Origin: Auanema rhodensis
Taxonomy: Eukaryota > Animalia > Nematoda
Direction of reading: 5' to 3'
Assembly (NCBI GenBank): GCA_964057225.1
Contig: OZ059900.1
Span: forward strand, 8,556,001-8,620,000
DNA length: 64,000 bases
Of the stretch, positions 53,801-64,000 are shown in pieces (the stretch's first letter is position 1; the number at the start of each line of letters is the position of its first letter). The notes beneath the pieces are model-generated. The model made no database searches. It saw nothing but the letters and a program-made list of their open reading frames with translations, and was not told where the DNA came from. Position numbers and translations under genes: made by a program.

Positions 53801-56800
53801 GGTCCTTTTTGACCAAAGTGGTTAAAATTGGACATATATATGTAAAAATAGTCAAAGTTTATGAATCCTGAATTTCAAATCCATATCTCAAAGGGTCTGA
53901 TCAAAACATACAGTTTTCACATGTTTTGTACCCAAAATCGTTGAATATATGGCGTTTTGAGCATAAAAAGGCCCATATTTCAATCAGTTTCGATATTCGT
54001 GCAAAATACACCTATATCAACATTCTATGACAGTATTCCATACATTTAGTCGTTTTAGAAGAAAAAAATATGCTTAAGATCAAAAGTTTGACTGATTTTG
54101 CCAAAATGCCCTTCAATCCCCAAAAAACCAATAATTCTTGATATTTTCGGTCCTTTTTGACCAAAGTGGTTAAAATTGGACATATATATGTGAAAATAGT
54201 CAAAGTTTATGAATCCTGAATTTCAAATCCATATCTCAAAGGGTCTGATCAAAACATACAGTTTTCACATGTTTTGTACCCAAAATCGTTGAATATATGG
54301 CGTTTTGAGCATAAAAAGGCCCATATTTCAATCAGTTTGGATATTTGTGCAAAATACACCTATATGAACATTCTATGACAGTCTTCCATACATTTAGTCG
54401 TTTTAGAAGAAAAAAATATGCTTAAGATCAAAAGTTTGACTGATTTTGCCAAAATGCCCTTCAATCCCCAAAAAACCAATAATTCTTGATATTTTCGGTC
54501 CTTTTTGACCAAAGTGGTTAAAATTGGACATATATATGTAAAAATAGTCAAAGTTTATGAATCCTGAATTTCAAATCCATATCTCAAAGGGTCTGATCAA
54601 AACATACAGTTTTCACATGTTTTGTACCCAAAATCGTTGAATATATGGCGTTTTGAGCATAAAAAGGCCCATATTTCAATCAGTTTCGATATTCGTGCAA
54701 AATACACCTATATCAACATTCTATGACAGTATTCCATACATTTAGTCGTTTTAGAAGAAAAAAATATGCTTAAGATAAAAAGTTTGACTGATTTTGCCAA
54801 AATGCCCTTCAATCCCCAAAAAACCAATAATTCTTGATATTTTCGGTCCTTTTTGACCAAAGTGGTTAAAATTGAACATATATATGTAAAAATAGTCAAA
54901 GTTTATGAATCCTGAATTTCAAATCCATATCTCAAAGGGTCTGATCAAAACATACAGTTTTCACATGTTTTGTACCCAAAATCGTTGAATATATGGCGTT
55001 TTGAGCATAAAAAGGCCCATATTTCAATCAGTTTTGATATTTGTGCAAAATAGACCTATATGAACATTCTATGACAGTATTTCATACATTTAGTCGTTTT
55101 AGAAGAAAAAAATATGCTTAAGATCAAAAGTTTGACTGATTTTGCCAAAATGCCCTTCAATCCCCAAAAAACCAATAATTCTTGATATTTTCGGTCTTTT
55201 TTGACCAAAGTGGTTAAAATTGGACATAAATATGTAAAAATAGTCAAAGTTTATGAATCCTGAATTTCAAATCCATATCTCAAAGGGTCTGATCAAAACA
55301 TACAGTTTTCACATGTTTTGTACCCAAAATCGTTGAATATATGGCGTTTTGAGCATAAAAAGGCCCATATTTCAATCAGTTTTGATATTCGTGCAAAATA
55401 CACCTATATGAACATTCTTTGACAGTATTTCATACATTTAGTCGTTTTAGAAGAAAAAAATATGCTTAAGATCAAAAGTTTGACTGATTTTGCCAAAATG
55501 CCCTTCAAACCCCAAAAAACCAATAATTCTTGATATTTTCGGTCCTTTTTGACCAAAGTGGTTAAAATTGGACATATATATGTAGAAATAGTCGAAGTTT
55601 ATGAATCCTGAATTTCAAATCCATATCTCAAAGGGTCTGATCAAAACATACAGTTTTCACATGTTTTGTACCCAAAATCGTTGAATATATGGCGTTTTGA
55701 GCATAAAAAGGCCCATATTTCAATCAGTTTTGATATTCGTGCAAAATACACCTATATCAACATTCTATGACAGTATTTCATACATTTAGTCGTTTTAGAA
55801 GAAAAAAATATGCTTAAGATCAAAAGTTTGACTGATTTTGCCAAAATGCCCTTCAATCCCCAAAAAACCAATAATTCTTGATATTTTCGGTCCTTTTTGA
55901 CCAAAGTGGTTAAAATTGAACATATATATGTAAAAATAGTCAAAGTTTATGAATCCTGAATTTCAAATCCATATCTCAAAGGGTCTGATCAAAACATACA
56001 GTTTTCACATGTTTTGTACCCAAAATCGTTGAATATATGGCGTTTTGAGCATAAAAAGGCCCATATTTCAATCAGTTTTGATATTCGTGCAAAATACACC
56101 TATATGAACATTCTATGACAGTATTTCATACATTTAGTCGTTTTAGAAGAAAAAAATATGCTTAAGATCAAAAGTTTGACTGATTTTGCCAAAATGTCCT
56201 TCAAACCCCAAAAAACCAATAATTCTTGATATTTTCGGTCCTTTTTGACCAAAGTGGTTAAAATTGAACATATATATGTGAAAATAGTCAAAGTTTATGA
56301 ATCCTGAATTTCAAATCCATATCTCAAAGGGTCTGATCAAAACATACAGTTTTCACATGTTTTGTACCCAAAATCGTTGAATATATGGCGTTTTGAGCAT
56401 AAAAAGGCCCATATTTCAATCAGTTTGGATATTTGTGCAAAATACACCTATATGAACATTCTATGACAGTCTTCCATACATTTAGTCGTTTTAGAAAAAA
56501 AAAATATGCTTAAGATCAAAAGTTTGACTGATTTTGCCAAAATGCCCTTCAATCCCCAAAAAACCAATAATTCTTGATATTTTCGGTCCTTTTTGACCAA
56601 AGTGGTTAAAATTGGACATATATATGTAAAAATAGTCAAAGTTTATGAATCCTGAATTTCAAATCCATATCTCAAAGGGTCTGATCAAAACATACAGTTT
56701 TCACATGTTTTGTACCCAAAATCGTTGAATATATGGCGTTTTGAGCATAAAAAGGCCCATATTTCAATCAGTTTCGATATTCGTGCAAAATACACCTATA

Positions 56801-59800
56801 TCAACATTCTATGACAGTATTCCATACATTTAGTCGTTTTAGAAGAAAAAAATATGCTTAAGATCAAAAGTTTGACTGATTTTGCCAAAATGCCCTTCAA
56901 TCCCCAAAAAACCAATAATTCTTGATATTTTCGGTCCTTTTTGACCAAAGTGGTTAAAATTGGACATATATATGTAAAAATAGTCAAAGTTTATGAATCC
57001 TGAATTTCAAATCCATATCTCAAAGGGTCTGATCAAAACATACAGTTTTCACATGTTTTGTACCCAAAATCGTTGAATATATGGCGTTTTGAGCATAAAA
57101 AGGCCCATATTTCAATCAGTTTCGATATTCGTGCAAAATACACCTATATCAACATTCTATGACAGTATTCCATACATTTAGTCGTTTTAGAAGAAAAAAA
57201 TATGCTTAAGATCAAAAGTTTGACTGATTTTGCCAAAATGCCCTTCAATCCCCAAAAAACCAATAATTCTTGATATTTTCGGTCCTTTTTGACCAAAGTG
57301 GTTAAAATTGGACATATATATGTGAAAATAGTCAAAGTTTATGAATCCTGAATTTCAAATCCATATCTCAAAGGGTCTGATCAAAACATACAGTTTTCAC
57401 ATGTTTTGTACCCAAAATCGTTGAATATATGGCGTTTTGAGCATAAAAAGGCCCATATTTCAATCAGTTTGGATATTTGTGCAAAATACACCTATATGAA
57501 CATTCTATGACAGTCTTCCATACATTTAGTCGTTTTAGAAGAAAAAAATATGCTTAAGATCAAAAGTTTGACTGATTTTGCCAAAATGCCCTTCAATCCC
57601 CAAAAAACCAATAATTCTTGATATTTTCGGTCCTTTTTGACCAAAGTGGTTAAAATTGGACATATATATGTAAAAATAGTCAAAGTTTATGAATCCTGAA
57701 TTTCAAATCCATATCTCAAAGGGTCTGATCAAAACATACAGTTTTCACATGTTTTGTACCCAAAATCGTTGAATATATGGCGTTTTGAGCATAAAAAGGC
57801 CCATATTTCAATCAGTTTCGATATTCGTGCAAAATACACCTATATCAACATTCTATGACAGTATTCCATACATTTAGTCGTTTTAGAAGAAAAAAATATG
57901 CTTAAGATAAAAAGTTTGACTGATTTTGCCAAAATGCCCTTCAATCCCCAAAAAACCAATAATTCTTGATATTTTCGGTCCTTTTTGACCAAAGTGGTTA
58001 AAATTGAACATATATATGTAAAAATAGTCAAAGTTTATGAATCCTGAATTTCAAATCCATATCTCAAAGGGTCTGATCAAAACATACAGTTTTCACATGT
58101 TTTGTACCCAAAATCGTTGAATATATGGCGTTTTGAGCATAAAAAGGCCCATATTTCAATCAGTTTTGATATTTGTGCAAAATAGACCTATATGAACATT
58201 CTATGACAGTATTTCATACATTTAGTCGTTTTAGAAGAAAAAAATATGCTTAAGATCAAAAGTTTGACTGATTTTGCCAAAATGCCCTTCAATCCCCAAA
58301 AAACCAATATTTCTTGATATTTTCGGTCTTTTTTGACCAAAGTGGTTAAAATTGGACATAAATATGTAAAAATAGTCAAAGTTTATGAATCCTGAATTTC
58401 AAATCCATATCTCAAAGGGTCTGATCAAAACATACAATTTTCACATGTTTTGTACCCAAAATCGTTGAATATATGGCGTTTTGAGCATAAAAAGGCCCAT
58501 ATTTCAATCAGTTTTGATATTCGTGCAAAATACACCTATATGAACATTCTTTGACAGTATTTCATACATTTAGTCGTTTTAGAAGAAAAAAATATGCTTA
58601 AGATCAAAAGTTTGACTGATTTTGCCAAAATGCCCTTCAAACCCCAAAAAACCAATAATTCTTGATATTTTCGGTCCTTTTTGAGCAAAGTGGTTAAAAT
58701 TGGACATATATATGTAGAAATAGTCGAAGTTTATGAATCCTGAATTTCAAATCCATATCTCAAAGGGTCTGATCAAAACATACAGTTTTCACATGTTTTG
58801 TACCCAAAATCGTTGAATATATGGCGTTTTGAGCATAAAAAGGCCCATATTTCAATCAGTTTTGATATTCGTGCAAAATACACCTATATGAACATTCTTT
58901 GACAGTATTTCATACATTTAGTCGTTTTAGAAGAAAAAAATATGCTTAAGATCAAAAGTTTGACTGATTTTGCCAAAATGCCCTTCAAACCCCAAAAAAC
59001 CAATAATTCTTGATATTTTCGGTCCTTTTTGACCAAAGTGGTTAAAATTGGACATATATATGTGAAAATAGTCAAAGTTTATGAATCCTGAATTTCAAAT
59101 CTATATCTCAAAGGGTCTGATCAAAACATAAAGTTTTCACATGTTTTGTACCCAAAATCGTTGAATATATGGCGTTTTGAGCATAAAAAGGCCCATATTT
59201 CAATCAGTTTCGATATTCGTGCAAAATACACCTATATCAACATTCTATGACAGTATTTCATACATTTAGTCGTTTTAGAAGAAAAAAATATGCTTAAGAT
59301 CAAAAGTTTGACTGATTTTGCCAAAATGCCCTTCAATCCCCAAAAAACCAATAATTCTTGATATTTTCGGTCCTTTTTGACCAAAGTGGTTAAAATTGAA
59401 CATATATATGTAAAAATAGTCAAAGTTTATGAATCCTGAATTTCAAATCCATATCTCAAAGGGTCTGATCAAAACATACAGTTTTCACATGTTTTGTACC
59501 CAAAATCGTTGAATATATGGCGTTTTGAGCATAAAAAGGCCCATATTTCAATCAGTTTTGATATTCGTGCAAAATACACCTATATGAACATTCTATGACA
59601 GTATTTCATACATTTAGTCGTTTTAGAAGAAAAAAATATGCTTAAGATCAAAAGTTTGACTGAATTTGCCAAAATGCCCTTCAATCCCCAAAAAACCAAT
59701 AATTCTTGATATTTTCAGTCCTTTTTGACCAAAGTGGTTAAAATTGGACATAAATATGTAAAAATAGTCAAAGTTTATGAATCCTGAATTTCAAATCCAT

Positions 59801-62800
59801 ATCTCAAAGGGTCTGATCAAAACATACAGTTTTCACATGTTTTGTACCCAAAATCGTTGAATATATGGCGTTTTGAGCATAAAAAGGCCCATATTTCAAT
59901 CAGTTTGGATATTTGTGCAAAATACACCTATATGAACATTCTATGACAGTCTTCCATACATTTAATCGTTTTAGAAGAAAAAAATATGCTTAAGATCAAA
60001 AGTTTGACTGATTTTGCCAAAATGCCCTTCAATCCCCAAAAAACCAATAATTCTTGATATTTTCGGTCCTTTTTGACCAAAGTGGTTAAAATTGGACATA
60101 TATATGTAAAAATAGTCAAAGTTTATGAATCCTGAATTTCAAATCCATATCTCAAAGGGTCTGATCAAAACATACAGTTTTCACATGTTTTGTACCCAAA
60201 ATCGTTGAATATATGGCGTTTTGAGCATAAAAAGGCCCATATTTCAATCAGTTTCGATATTCGTGCAAAATACACCTATATCAACATTCTATGACAGTAT
60301 TCCATACATTTAGTCGTTTTAGAAGGAAAAAATATGCTTAAGATCAAAAGTTTGACTGATTTTGCCAAAATGCCCTTCAATCCCCAAAAAACCAATAATT
60401 CTTGATATTTTCGGTCCTTTTTGACCAAAGTGGTTAAAATTGGACATATATATGTGAAAATAGTCAAAGTTTATGAATCCTGAATTTCAAATCCATATCT
60501 CAAAGGGTCTGATCAAAACATACAGTTTTCACATGTTTTGTACCCAAAATCGTTGAATATATGGCGTTTTGAGCATAAAAAGGCCCATATTTCAATCAGT
60601 TTGGATATTTGTGCAAAATACACCTATATGAACATTCTATGACAGTCTTCCATACATTTAGTCGTTTTAGAAGAAAAAAATATGCTTAAGATCAAAAGTT
60701 TGACTGATTTTGCCAAAATGCCCTTCAATCCCCAAAAAACCAATAATTCTTGATATTTTCGGTCCTTTTTGACCAAAGTGGTTAAAATTGGACATATATA
60801 TGTAAAAATAGTCAAAGTTTATGAATCCTGAATTTCAAATCCATATCTCAAAGGGTCTGATCAAAACATACAGTTTTCACATGTTTTGTACCCAAAATCG
60901 TTGAATATATGGCGTTTTGAGCATAAAAAGGCCCATATTTCAATCAGTTTCGATATTCGTGCAAAATACACCTATATCAACATTCTATGACAGTATTCCA
61001 TACATTTAGTCGTTTTAGAAGAAAAAAATATGCTTAAGATAAAAAGTTTGACTGATTTTGCCAAAATGCCCTTCAATCCCCAAAAAACCAATAATTCTTG
61101 ATATTTTCGGTCCTTTTTGACCAAAGTGGTTAAAATTGAACATATATATGTAAAAATAGTCAAAGTTTATGAATCCTGAATTTCAAATCCATATCTCAAA
61201 GGGTCTGATCAAAACATACAGTTTTCACATGTTTTGTACCCAAAATCGTTGAATATATGGCGTTTTGAGCATAAAAAGGCCCATATTTCAATCAGTTTTG
61301 ATATTTGTGCAAAATAGACCTATATGAACATTCTATGACAGTATTTCATACATTTAGTCGTTTTAGAAGAAAAAAATATGCTTAAGATCAAAAGTTTGAC
61401 TGATTTTGCCAAAATGCCCTTCAATCCCCAAAAAACCAATAATTCTTGATATTTTCGGTCTTTTTTGACCAAAGTGGTTAAAATTGGACATAAATATGTA
61501 AAAATAGTCAAAATTTATGAATCCTGAATTTCAAATCCATATCTCAAAGGGTCTGATCAAAACATACAGTTTTCACATGTTTTGTACCCAAAATCGTTGA
61601 ATATATGGCGTTTTGAGCATAAAAAGGCCCATATTTCAATCAGTTTTGATATTCGTGCAAAATACACCTATATGAACATTCTTTGACAGTATTTCATACA
61701 TTTAGTCGTTTTAGAAGAAAAAAATATGCTTAAGATCAAAAGTTTGACTGATTTTGCCAAAATGCCCTTCAAACCCCAAAAAACCAATAATTCTTGATAT
61801 TTTCGGTCCTTTTTGACCAAAGTGGTTAAAATTGGACATATATATGTAGAAATAGTCGAAGTTTATGAATCCTGAATTTCAAATCCATATCTCAAAGGGT
61901 CTGATCAAAACATACAGTTTTCACATGTTTTGTACCCAAAATCGTTGAATATATGGCGTTTTGAGCATAAAAAGGCCCATATTTCAATCAGTTTTGATAT
62001 TCGTGCAAAATACACCTATATCAACATTCTATGACAGTATTTCATACATTTAGTCGTTTTAGAAGAAAAAAATATGCTTAAGATCAAAAGTTTGACTGAT
62101 TTTGCCAAAATGCCCTTCAATCCCCAAAAAACCAATAATTCTTGATATTTTCGGTCCTTTTTGACCAAAGTGGTTAAAATTGAACATATATATGTAAAAA
62201 TAGTCAAAGTTTATGAATCCTGAATTTCAAATCCATATCTCAAAGGGTCTGATCAAAACATACAGTTTTCACATGTTTTGTACCCAAAATCGTTGAATAT
62301 ATGGCGTTTTGAGCATAAAAAGGCCCATATTTCAATCAGTTTTGATATTCGTGCAAAATACACCTATATGAACATTCTATGACAGTATTTCATACATTTA
62401 GTCGTTTTAGAAGAAAAAAATATGCTTAAGATCAAAAGTTTGACTGATTTTGCCAAAATGTCCTTCAAACCCCAAAAAACCAATAATTCTTGATATTTTC
62501 GGTCCTTTTTGACCAAAGTGGTTAAAATTGAACATATATATGTGAAAATAGTCAAAGTTTATGAATCCTGAATTTCAAATCCATATCTCAAAGGGTCTGA
62601 TCAAAACATACAGTTTTCACATGTTTTGTACCCAAAATCGTTGAATATATGGCGTTTTGAGCATAAAAAGGCCCATATTTCAATCAGTTTGGATATTTGT
62701 GCAAAATACACCTATATGAACATTCTATGACAGTCTTCCATACATTTAGTCGTTTTAGAAAAAAAAAATATGCTTAAGATCAAAAGTTTGACTGATTTTG

Positions 62801-63334
62801 CCAAAATGCCCTTCAATCCCCAAAAAACCAATAATTCTTGATATTTTCGGTCCTTTTTGACCAAAGTGGTTAAAATTGGACATATATATGTAAAAATAGT
62901 CAAAGTTTATGAATCCTGAATTTCAAATCCATATCTCAAAGGGTCTGATCAAAACATACAGTTTTCACATGTTTTGTACCCAAAATCGTTGAATATATGG
63001 CGTTTTGAGCATAAAAAGGCCCATATTTCAATCAGTTTCGATATTCGTGCAAAATACACCTATATCAACATTCTATGACAGTATTCCATACATTTAGTCG
63101 TTTTAGAAGAAAAAAATATGCTTAAGATCAAAAGTTTGACTGATTTTGCCAAAATGCCCTTCAATCCCCAAAAAACCAATAATTCTTGATATTTTCGGTC
63201 CTTTTTGACCAAAGTGGTTAAAATTGAACATATATATGTAAAAATAGTCAAAGTTTATGAATCCTGAATTTCAAATCCATATCTCAAAGGGTCTGATCAA
63301 AACATACAGTTTTCACATGTTTTGTACCCAAAAT
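50807..63334. repeat. Higher-order repeat: 18-monomer unit (6264 bp) x2, about M147-164 / M165-182, with an internal 9-monomer sub-period
   Basis: ACAATTTT (52173/58437), TTGAGCAAAG (52421/58685), TTTAATCG and TAGAAAAAAAAAA recur at 6264 bp. GATAAAAAG and GGTCTTTTTT recur at 3132 bp. Confidence 0.9.
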
Positions 63335-64000
63335 CGTTGAATATATGGCGTTTTGAGCATAAAAAGGCCCATATTTCAATCAGTTTTGATATTTGTGCAA
63401 AATAGACCTATATGAACATTCTATGACAGTATTTCATACATTTAGTCGTTTTAGAAGAAAAAAATATGCTTAAGATCAAAAGTTTGACTGATTTTGCCAA
63501 AATGCCCTTCAATCCCCAAAAAACCAATAATTCTTGATATTTTCGGTCCTTTTTGACCAAAGTGGTTAAAATTGGACATATATATGTAAAAATAGTCAAA
63601 GTTTATGAATCCTGAATTTCAAATCCATATCTCAAAGGGTCTGATCAAAACATACAGTTTTCACATGTTTTGTACCCAAAATCGTTGAATATATGGCGTT
63701 TTGAGCATAAAAAGGCCCATATTTCAATCAGTTTCGATATTCGTGCAAAATACACCTATATCAACATTCTATGACAGTATTCCATACATTTAGTCGTTTT
63801 AGAAGAAAAAAATATGCTTAAGATCAAAAGTTTGACTGATTTTGCCAAAATGCCCTTCAATCCCCAAAAAACCAATAATTCTTGATATTTTCGGTCCTTT
63901 TTGACCAAAGTGGTTAAAATTGAACATATATATGTAAAAATAGTCAAAGTTTATGAATCCTGAATTTCAAATCCATATCTCAAAGGGTCTGATCAAAACA

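Larger units (their letters stand above)
1..64000. repeat. Tandem satellite DNA array, 348-bp monomer, about 183.9 copies, head-to-tail, running off both ends of the window
   Basis: CGTTGAATATATGGCG... recurs at 1, 349, 697 ... 12181, then 12528, 13920, 14267 ... 63683. The period is exactly 348 except for two 347-bp monomers. The ORF track repeats at the same period. Monomers differ from each other at only a handful of substitution sites. Confidence 0.99.

Noticed and set aside
770-63947. About 156 copies of a 63-aa minus-strand ORF (MTIFTY...CHRMFI) as a tandem small-protein gene array
   Set aside because: The start codon is TTG, not ATG. I recognise no domain and no ribosome-binding context. 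The frame is lost in 28 monomers through start loss (TTG>TCG) or stops (e.g. CGA>TGA, AAG>TAG) and is frameshifted in two more, and these broken versions are duplicated like any other. Many common variants are nonsynonymous. It is best explained as a chance ORF multiplied by the repeat; Ribo-seq or proteomics evidence would overturn this.
1-64000. CRISPR array or other repeat-spacer / diversity-generating cassette
   Set aside because: There are no unique spacers, the entire 348 bp is repeated, variation is scattered SNVs, and no cas, reverse transcriptase or recombinase gene is present.
1-64000. Whole array as an artefact (rolling-circle concatemer, collapsed or synthetic repeat)
   Set aside because: Rare variants are shared in ordered, nested blocks at exact multiples of the monomer, which random sequencing error would not produce. 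Copy numbers of individual blocks still need read validation.

Overview
The whole 64-kb window is one uninterrupted, head-to-tail tandem array of a 348-bp AT-rich monomer (monomer 1 is about 31% GC by my count). It holds 183 complete monomers plus a 318-bp partial one (63683-64000), all in the same orientation. I saw no insertions, inversions or unique sequence, and only two length changes, both 1-bp deletions in the same A7 tract. This looks like a highly homogenised eukaryotic satellite DNA (centromeric, pericentromeric or subtelomeric type is inference; organism and family cannot be read from the sequence). The roughly 156 repeated 63-aa minus-strand ORFs are an artefact of the repeat and are not called as genes. 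No protein or RNA gene, mobile element or CRISPR array is supported, and I found no convincing new gene system. The informative structure is at two scales. Within the monomer there are dense, overlapping dyad symmetries and about 10.5-bp-phased A/T tracts. Across the array, rare SNVs reveal a patchwork of local higher-order duplications (2, 3, 4, 5, 6, 8, 9, 18 and 36 monomers) and apparent gene-conversion patches. Monomers are numbered M1.. from position 1, and 'pos' means position within the monomer. All comparisons were made by eye using marker SNVs.
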